Source: the human T2T-CHM13v2.0 reference genome, Homo sapiens
Direction: 5' to 3' (one strand)
Assembly: GCF_009914755.1 (NCBI RefSeq)
Contig: NC_060935.1
DNA length: 64,000 bases
The notes under the pieces: model-generated
Databases searched by the model: none
The model's input: only the letters and a program-made list of their open reading frames with translations
What the model was told of the DNA's origin: nothing
Shown: piece after piece, positions 52,908 through 64,000 of the stretch
Layout of the letters: each line of letters begins with the position of its first letter
Numbering within the stretch: the stretch's first letter is position 1
Translations under genes and position numbers: made by a program

Positions 52908-54324
52908 TTTCTTGACCATGTCCTACTGTTCATGCTGTTTAGGCCTACTCACTGCTCCTACTTGCCTTGGCAAACTCCTGTTAATCCTTGAAGATTCTAT
53001 CTTAGATGTAACTTTCCCCAGGAATCCTTCTGTGTTCCCCTTCCCTCCTACCCTGGCTGAGTTTGAAGTCATCTGTGCTTCCACAGGTTCCTATGAATAT
53101 TTCCATCGTTGCTTTTACCACATTATTTTGTATTTTGTGTTTGTATCTTCTCTACTAATCTGTGAGTTCCTTGAGGGTGTCTTCATCTTTTTATCCTTAT
53201 GGTAGACACCAGACTTACGTTGAGTAGATGGATGAGTGGATGAGTGAATAAATCGGGATGGAATGTAGTGAGAAAAAAGACCATAAAATTAGATGGAGCC
53301 AAATTATGGGAGGCCATAGAGGTCATACTGAGAGTTTGGGTTTTGTTTTGTAGAGTAGCAGTGACCAACCAGTGGCAGTTTAGAGTAGGGGCATGAAGTG
53401 ATTAGGATAGTTGGTCTGTGTAAGATGGATTAGAGGAGTGTCTCTGTGTAAAATAAGTAGAGTGGATAGAACATCATTTGTAGGTCTGGCTGTGCTAGTT
53501 TAAAGAAGAATGAAGGTCCGGCCTAGGGATTAACATCACTGAACGTTTATTAAAGGTGTGTGTGTGTGTATGTGTACATGTGCACACCTTACATATGCTC
53601 TCGTTCCCATTTGCCATATATCTTAATTGTTCTTCAAGGTCTTGCTTGAATGTTTCCTCCTCCTCTGTGACTTGTTTTGTTTCTCCTTAATTTTACCTGT
53701 ACTCTCTGAGGACATTGCTGTCAGGTTTTTGTTTTCATTATGTATTTATCCAAATAGATTTTAATGTGTTGGCGGAAAAAAAATGTATTAAATCCATGTC
53801 CATTTTCTATCATGTTATCATAGTGCCTGACTCATGGTAGATGTTCAGAAAGGCTTTTTGAGTACAGTTATAGCAGTTTGCTAAGAGCAAAGATATAATT
53901 AGAGTATATAAAAAGATGTAATAAAAGTAAGATATAATTCCAGTGTAAAATATTATTTTTGCCCTTAAGAAATTAACATTCTGATTGTGGAGAGAGGACA
54001 TGTACATAGATAAATAGTAGTACAAGGTTGCACAGATCATTTGCCAGATGTGTTGGTGAGCTGTTTTCAAAACAACTTCAGGTCAGGAATCATGCCTGTT
54101 TTATTTAGAGAATGCTGAAGTTGAACTGCTTACTCCTTCATTCTTCTCTAATAGTTATCTGTTCGTGCTTAGATACCTTTATTGCCTCTGGTTCACAATG
54201 CTTATTAATTAAATTATAAAATATGAAGCACTAAGAGTATGTGAATTAAAAATCGTGGCCTGCCATTCCTTTCTTAGTGTAAGACATAAATTAGAAATAT
54301 AAGAAAGATGTTGATAAAATATAT

Positions 54325-54810
54325 TTGCATGTATGAGATGAGGCTCTGGTGAAGTCTTTTTCACTAGGGAGGCCTTTGTTATGGAGAACAACACATGGGG
54401 CATATTTCAAAATGGTTACTTTCCCCTTCTCACTGCCAAAAACATGAGTTCCTGGCTTTTCACAATGGTAACCTGGTGAGGTTTCTGAAGGTAAAATCTA
54501 TGAAAGTGTAGTGGCTCCCTAGGTAAGAGTGTGGCCCTTAGAAGTTTCTCATTCTTTGGCTAGTATGTACTCAACCTCTGGCAAGTCATCAACATTACCA
54601 TGTAAGTGCTTCTACCACTTTATGGCTCCAGGACTGTATTTTTCTGTATTTGTCTCTCCAGATTTGGGGTGGCAGTTTGCCCTGAGACCTCAGTTCTCTG
54701 ATGGGTCCAAGAAAAGTTGTTCATTTTCTGTTCATTCATTTTTCCCTATAAGGATGGGAGTGTCAACTTCCATGCTTTTTACATGTCAGTGTTGGAACCA
54801 GAAGTCTGTT
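54325..54810 (-). mobile_element. Ancient L1M-type fragment
   Basis: cctcagttctctgatgggtc...ttttacatgtcag...aaccagaagtc resembles an old L1 5' region. Confidence 0.5.
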
Positions 54811-54937
54811 TAAGATATTAATGACAAACATCTTTGTAGTAAATTATTTGGAAAGCCAAAGTAATTTTGTGCTTTCTGTTATATCACTGTTTTAGTCTTT
54901 TTTTTTCTTTCATAGTTTTGTAGTACATTGTAAGTAA

Positions 54938-55138
<201 letters not shown>

Positions 55139-55249
55139 TAAACTGAGGTAAGTTTTAGCTATAACAGTTTTGTAAATTTAGCAAACAGGGCTGAGACCTT
55201 ATGGTAGGTACTGCATATATTTTCTTTTCAGTCATAGTCAGTTTAATAT

Positions 55250-55590
55250 TTGGGTATTCCACTTTGCTAGGGCTTTATAACAAATTATCCTAAAATTTAG
55301 CATAATAAACTAATGATTTATTTATACTCATGAACAAACCCAAGAATTTGGATCCCGGAGACAGCTTGTCTCTGCTCCATGATATCTGGGGCTTCAGCTG
55401 GAATATTAAAAAGCTGGGGCTAGATTCTTCTGAAGGCTTATTCACTCAAGATGTCTCTGGTGGTTGATGCTGGTTATGGATTAGGCACCTTAAACTTCAT
55501 CCCTGTGGGCCTATTTGTGAGGTTTCTACATGTGAGCTAGTTTCTACTTCCTCACAATATGGTGACTGGGTTCCAAAGGTGAGCATAGAG
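55250..55590 (-). mobile_element. MLT1-type MaLR LTR
   Basis: ataacaaattatcctaaaatttag...gtctctgctccatg...tcagctgg...cttcctcacaatatgg. Confidence 0.7.
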
Positions 55591-57452
55591 GATTACTTGG
55601 AGTGGATAATAAAATGAATATGTATTCTAACATTTTTGCTTTAGTAGTGTCAGATTTTTAGAAAAGGAATGGAATGTTGCAGGTACATTTGAAGTCCCTA
55701 AGTACCCCTCTCAGGTGCCATTCCTCTGCTTCCAACTCCAGAGATAACTATTACCCTGATTTTGGTGTTTATTATTCCTATCTATGTTTTATGCTGTTAT
55801 TACATATGATTATATCATTATTTTGAATGACATACATTATATAAATGATATCACATTATGTATATTATTCTTTAGCTTTTTTTTGTTCAACAATATGTTT
55901 TTGAGTTTTATCCATATGGTTACATATATGTACTCTAGTTCATTTCTTTCAGCCATGTCGTTTATTCTATTCTTAGACTGGTATCAGAATTTATCTGTTT
56001 TTGTATTGTTGGATATTTATTTGGTTTCAATTTTTAGCTAGTACTAACTGCTTAGTGAGTATTTTAATGCAAATCTGATCCTTGGGCTCTGTCCAAGGCT
56101 AACTAGCACTTTTCTCATGATTCAAGGTTATGTGTATGGGGGGCTTATTTTAGCTACATTTCCCCAGCCTATAAGCTACAATAGGTCTGTTGACAATGCA
56201 TTGTCTTTTTACCCCTACCACACACACATGACTTCCTTCTGTGAGTATGGCAGTCCTGTGTGATATCTTCTTTATTTGTACTTCTTTGCTTCTTGTAACC
56301 AAATCTGGTTCAGAGACTCTCCCTCTACCAGTTTGTGTGCCTCACTTAAATGTTATTATAAACAAAGGATTTTTACTTGTGCCTTTCTTTGGAGCCTGAT
56401 GGTTCTTTGTGAGCTGGTATCCGTGGGTAGGTGGTTCTCTCTGCTGTTTCCTCCCACATTCCTATTTGTTCTGCACTTTGGCAGGTTTTTTAATCTGTTT
56501 GTAGTTTGAGTTACAGATGTCTCCTAGTTTCATCTAGTTGGAGTTTTCTGGGTTTTTTTGCTCTTTGCTTTTGGGTGATTTTGGAGAGAAGGGGGAAGTA
56601 CTGATTTTACTCTGCCATATTCTAATAGACATCAGGATATACCATTTATTTCATCTCTTTTCTGGTGCCCTTTCAGCTTCTCTTACTACTCTCACTCAGT
56701 CTACTTTGGTTAACTCACTCCTCCTATTGTGTAATTGTAGTATTGTTTACATTTCTTTCCTACTTTACAGTTTCTCCAGTCAGTCTTTTAAACTTCTTTG
56801 GCTTTATCGCTTCTACATAATTCATTTATTTGCTCTCTCTCCTGACTTTTGGATTATGTATTAAGTGCTTGATCATAGCTCATGCATATCTGACTGGCAT
56901 CTCAAATTCAACTAGTCTAACACTAAAACTGTTATATTTTTCCCTCCATTTTGTAGTTTTCTAGGGCAATAGCCTTTGAATCATCATTGAGTTGTTTCAG
57001 TATTTCATATAATCAAAACACATTATCAGCATTTGTCTAGATGAAGGTGCAGTTCGTGTTACACATTGATGCAGTGAGAACTAGTCACTAGGTCAGTTGA
57101 TTCTGCTCCATCTTTGTCTCCTGAATTTGTCCTCTCCATCCCCATAACCATGTTCTTAGATTTAATTAATTTTATTTTTTTGTGTGTGTGGTCCACCTGT
57201 AGTCCATATACTATATACAAAGCTATTTTCTCTGTAAAACTAAAATCTAATATTACTTGAGACCTTCCTTAAAACCCTGTAGTAACTCTCTGCCCTCCAT
57301 AGGATAAAGTTCAAGCCATTTAACATGGTAGACTTATTTCTCTAACCTCATCTCCCATCATAATTGTTTTATGCTATAGTACTGGTGACTACCATCATTT
57401 CCCAAATTAGTCTACTGTTCCATATTATCATAGGCTTTGCACATGCTGTTTC

Positions 57453-59059
57453 TTTTCTTTTCTTTTTTTTTAATACTTTAAGTTCTAGGATACATGGGCA
57501 GAACCTGCAGTTTTGTTACATAGGTATACATATGCCATGGTGGTTTGCTGCACCCAACAACCAGTCTTCTAGGTTTTAAGCCCTGCATGCATTAGGTATT
57601 TGTCCTAATGCTCCGCCTCCCCTAACCCTCCACCCCCCGACAGGCCCCAGTGTGTGATGTTCCCCTCGCTGTGTCCATGTGTTCTTATTGTTCAACTTCC
57701 ACTTATGAGTGAGAACATGTGGTGTTTGGTTTTCTGTTCCTGTGTTAGTTTGCTAAGAATGGTGGTTTCCAGCTTCATCCATGGCCCCGCAAAGGACGTG
57801 AACTCATTCTTTTTTTATGGCTGCATGGTATTCCATGGTGTATATGTGCCACATTTTCTTTAGCCTATCATTGATGGGCATTTGGGTTGGTTCCAAGTCT
57901 TTGCTATTGTGAATAGCGCTGCAGTAAACATACATGTGCATGTCTTTATAGTAGAATGATTTATAATCCTTTGGGCATATACCCAGTAATATATGACCAG
58001 GATTGCTGGGTCAAATGGTATTTCTGGTTCTAGATCCTTGAGGAATTGCTACACTGTCTTCCACAATGGTTAAACTAATTTACATTCCCACCAACAGTGT
58101 AAAAGAGTTCCTATTTCTCCACATCCTCTCCAGCATCTGTTGTTCCCTGACTTTTTAATGATTGTCATTCTAACTGGTGTGAGATGGTATCTCATTGTAG
58201 TTTTGACTTGCGTTTCTCTAATGACCAGTGATGAGCTTTTTTTCATATGTTTGTTGGCTGCATAAATGTCTTCTTTTGAGAAGTATCTGTTCATATCCTT
58301 TGCCCACTTTTTGATGGGGTTGTTTTTTTCTTATAAATTTAAGTTTCTTGTAGATTCTAGATGTTAGCCCTTTGTCAGATGGATAGATTGCACAAATTTT
58401 TTCCCATTCTGTAGGTTGCCTGTTCACTCTGATGATAGTTTCTTTTGTTGTGCAGAAGCTCTTTAGTTTAATTAAATCCTATTTGTCAATGTTGGCTTTT
58501 GTTGCAATTGCTTTTGGTGTTTTAGTCATGAAGTCTTTGCCCATGGCTATGTCCAGAATGGTATTGCCTAGTTTTTCTTCTAGGGCTTTTATGGGTTTAG
58601 GTGTTACTTTTAAGTCTTTAATCCATCTTGAATTAATTTTTATATAAGGCTTAAGAAAGGGATCCAGTTTCAGTTTTCTGCATATGGCTAGCCAATTTTC
58701 CCAGCACCATTTATTAAACAGGAAATCCTTCCCCTGTTGCAAAAGTCAGATTTGTTGAAGATCAGGTGGTTGTAGATGTGTGGTGTTATTTCTGAGCACT
58801 CTTGTTCTGTTCCATTGGTCTATTTATCTGTTTTGGCACCAGTACCATGCTGTTTTGGTTACTGTAGCCTTGTAGTATAGTTTGAAGTCAGGTAGCATGA
58901 TGCCTCCAGCTTTGTTCTTTTTGCTTAGGATTGCCTTAGCTCTACGGGCTCTTTTTTGGTTCCATATGAAATTTAAAGTAGTTCTTTCTAATTCTGTGAA
59001 GAAAGTCAATGGTAGCTTGATGGGAATAGCATTGAATCTATAAATTACTTTGGGCAGTA
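57453..59059 (-). mobile_element. 5'-truncated L1PA (~1.6 kb, disrupted ORF2 3' part), ANKRD42 intron 2
   Basis: ORF2 fragments ([21 protein letters not shown]); 15-bp TSD TGCACATGCTGTTTC at 57438 and 59060. Confidence 0.95.
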
Positions 59060-59437
59060 TGCACATGCTGTTTCATCTGCCTGTCTCATCTCTTCCCACT
59101 GGTTACCTGGTTGAAATCCAGGTCAGTCAGTACCCACTTGGTAAAGCTTTCTGTTTTCCCCCTCAATATCTCCCAACTAGTTACTGACTCCTTAGTGCTA
59201 CCTCTAAATCTTATAAATTTTAAAAAGTGTATAACTTTAAATTTTATTCTCTATTAGATTTTGAGCTCTTTGAAGATACCATTTGAGTCTCATTCATCTT
59301 TTTTTCCACAATACCTAGTGTAATATCTGGCATATTATAGGAGTCACATCATAAGTTCACAAGAAATGTTTCTCATGTTGCTGAATTTGTTGAATTAAAT
59401 TTACGTTTATATTTTTAGTGTCTAGCACAGTGCCTAG

Positions 59438-60716
<1,279 letters not shown>

Positions 60717-60721
60717 CGGTC

Positions 60722-61690
60722 AATTGATTTTTAACAAAGATGCAAATGTAATTCAGTGGAGAGCAGATATATTTTCATTAAATGATGTTGGCACAATTAC
60801 ACATATTCATATGTAAGAAAATGAACCTTTTATCCTAAGTGAATTAACACAGAAACAGAAAACGAAAAACCACATATTTTCACTTATATGTGGGACCTAA
60901 ATATTGGGTACACATGGACAAAGAGATGGGAACAATAGACACTGGGGATTCCAAAAGTAGATAGGGAAGGAGGCAAGGGTTGAAAAACTACCTGTTTGGT
61001 AACCTGGTCACTATTTGGGAGATGGGTTCAATAGAAGCCCAAATGCCTCAGCATCATGCAGCATATCCATGAAACGAACGAACTTGGCACATGTACCCTC
61101 TGAATCTAAAATTAAAAAAAAAAGAAAATGAAGCTTGAGCCATACTTGGTACCATATGCAAAAATTTACTCAAAACAGATTGTAGATAAATGTAAAACTT
61201 ATAAAACTTACAGAGAAAATAGAGAAGAAAACCTTTGCAAATCACGTACCTAAGAACTTGTAACCAGATTATATAAGGAACTCTCAGAACTCAGCAGTAA
61301 GAAAAAAAATTTTAATGGGCAAAAGACTTCAGTTGACACTTTCTCAAAGAGTACATATGGATGGCAATTAAACATATGAAAAGATGTTCAACATCATTAG
61401 CCATTAGGCAAATGCAAATTAAGACCACAATGAGATACCTGTAAGAATAGCAGAAAAAACAAAAAACCAAAAAAATGGCAATACAAAGTGTTTATAAGGA
61501 TATCGAGAAACTGGAACTCCCATACATTGCTGGTGGGAATGTAGAGAGGTACAGCCACGTTAGAAAACAGTTTGGCAGTTTTTAAAATAAAGTTAAATAT
61601 ATACTTATTTTATGTTCTAGCAATCTCACTTCTACATATTCACCCAAGACAAATGTAAAACCAGTACATGAATGTCGACAGTGGCTTTAT
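60722..61690 (+). mobile_element. Old L1 ORF2-end fragment with a nested L1 3'-end insertion (~60830-61121)
   Basis: aaaagatgttcaacatcattagccattagg...ccacaatgagatacc; nested piece flanked by aagaaaatgaaSctt. Confidence 0.75.
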
Positions 61691-62532
61691 TCTCTAGTAC
61701 CTGAACAATGCACATAATAGTCTTTTCATAAATATTGTTGAATAAATGAATGACTTACTATGATTATTATTGAGATTGAGGTTTTTTAATATTTTATTGT
61801 CATTAGTCTCTGCTGCAGGAAAATGATATTTACTTGATAAGCCTTTTAAACAAATAATATGATTATGACTTCTATGACAGTGTATCCCAATGATATGATC
61901 AATTCTTTTAAAAAGGAAGAGGTGGTAGCATATACAAACTTGAACATATAAAGACAGTAACACCGTATGTGGTACAGACCTTTAAGTACTGTATTATATT
62001 GAGATTTAGATTAATTTTTAAAAATCTTAAAGATACATTTGACTTCTCTCATTTTTTTTAAATAAACCATTTATTTTTTAGAATCACTAGAATAACAATG
62101 TTTGCTCTGATGCAAAAGCTCTGGACCCGTTTAAAGATCTATGTTTGAGATTGAAAACTGGCAGCCTTTGAGTGAATTTGACTCTTAGATCTGTTTTCTT
62201 TGGCCTGCACAGTATTGGTCAAACAGAATATTTACAAACATTGGATAAGCATTTCACTCATAGCAACCACTGACTGTAATTGAGTAGTGTCTACACCTTA
62301 CAGACAAGAAATATGGTCTCCAGTTTGCCACAGTTCCCACTAGTCTCTATTGTTTACCCAGCAGTGAGGCCAAATGTTGGTTGCCATGTCACTGTGCTTG
62401 TGCTTTTGTTTTTCTTATACATGGATCTCTCATTCACTACAGTCTGCTATTTTATGATAACAGACCAAATTTAAAAGATAAAAATGTTAAAAACATCCAC
62501 TTTATCACTTGTTAACATGGTTATTTTCTTAG

Positions 62533-62682
<150 letters not shown>

Positions 62683-62912
62683 TAGTTCTGTTGGGATATT
62701 GCTATTATTCTAATTATTTGACTCAATAGATTTAGTTTTATGTTCTAAACAAGAACTTACTGGATTCCACAACTCAGATATTCTGATACCAGCTATCCAC
62801 TTAAACAAATGGTATGTGACCAGAAATCCTCTTATCTCTGATGTAGTTGGCTGTCTGCGTTGTTTTAAGAGATCTCACAGTCATAACCAGATTATCTCTT
62901 TTATAGCTTGCT

Positions 62913-63272
62913 GCTGTGGTCTGAATGTTTGTGTCCTCCAAAATAAATATGTTGAAATCTTAACCCCAAGGTGATGGTGTTAAGAGGTGAGGCCTTTTGG
63001 GAGGTTATTAGGTCATGAGGGGTTTGCCCTCATAAATGGGATTAATGTCCTTTTGCAAGAGACCTCAGAGAGCTAGCTCTCTAGCCTCTTCCACCATATG
63101 AGGATGCTGTGAGAAGGCACTATCTATGCAGAATGAGCCCTCACCAGACAGAATCTGCCACCACCTTAATCTTGGACTTCCCAGCCTCCAGAACTATGAG
63201 AAATAAATTTTTGTTGTTTATATGCTCCCCAGTTTATGATATTTTGTTATAGTAGTCCAAACAGACTAAGAC
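62913..63272 (+). mobile_element. MLT1A-type MaLR LTR
   Basis: TGCTGTGGTCTGAATGTTTGTGTCC...aaataaatt...cagactaagaCA. Confidence 0.85.
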
Positions 63273-63431
63273 ACTTGGCCATGCCTAAAATTTCGTATTT
63301 AATGTATTGCCTGACCAGGGTGACACATTAATATATGGTAGGATCTAGTTTATTAGAGTAATTAATTTATTCAGTGTTTTGAAATAGACTGGAATTTGGA
63401 GGAGTACAGAGTCATATAAGCAAACAGCTGG

Positions 63432-63803
63432 TATTAGTCCATTCTCACACTACTATGAAGAAATACCTGAGACTGGGTAATTTATAAAGAAAAAAGGTTT
63501 AGATGACTCACAGTTCCACATGGCTGGGAAGGCCTCAGGAAACTTACAATCATGGTGGAAGGGGAAGCAAACACATCCTTCTTCACAGGATGGCAGGAAG
63601 AGAGAAGTGCTGAGCAAAGGGGGAAAGCTTCTTATAAGACCATCAGATCTCGTGAGAACTCACTCACTATCATGAGAATAGCATGGGGTAACCACCCCCA
63701 TGATTCAATTACCTCCCACTGTGTCCCTCCCATGACACGTGGAGATTATGGGAACTACAATTCAAATGAGATTTGAGGGGGAACACAGCCAATGTACATC
63801 ACA
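63432..63803 (-). mobile_element. THE1-type MaLR LTR
   Basis: gtattagtccattctcacact...gagactgggtaatttataaaga...gagatttg...acacagcc. Confidence 0.88.
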
Positions 63804-64000
63804 GTTCCTGCCAGGAAGAAGCGTGAGATTGTTTGAAGGGACAGGAGCTCTACTCAGTGAGTTACAAAACAATACAAAGCAAAATGTATGATTAAAGTTC
63901 TAATGAAAAATATAGATGAGAAGAATTGTGTAATTTAGGAGGAGGTAGAGGGATCATAAATGGAGGAAATAAAACATCAGCTAAGCCCAAAAGAGTGGGT

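Overview
Primate (human-like) genomic DNA, Alu-dense. It holds the complete PCF11 gene on the + strand: 16 coding exons, ATG 13912 to TAA 41367. The exon lengths I derived from GT-AG boundaries sum to 4668 nt (1555 aa), and an alternative exon-7 donor adds 131 aa. About 8 kb downstream, from a second CpG island, are the first three coding exons of ANKRD42 (+). The rest is Alu, L1, MIR and LTR sequence. Most striking signal: the ~0.9-kb ANKRD42 leader is stop-free in the ANKRD42 frame for 321 codons and is built from ~45-nt repeats whose spacings are all multiples of 3. Its only AUG is an AUG-UGA start-stop, and it has an in-frame CUG in strong Kozak context, so it may encode a ~300-aa non-AUG N-terminal repeat extension. 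Around PCF11 there appears to be layered autoregulation: a weak intron-1 donor with a poly(A)-signal cluster, a hairpin-rich intron-1 segment, a candidate poison exon and donor-complementary sequences in intron 8, and a PAS on the stop codon next to a U1 site. Exon 5 carries three RDPR motifs. Repeat coordinates and subfamily calls are by eye and approximate. No database search or folding computation was run.
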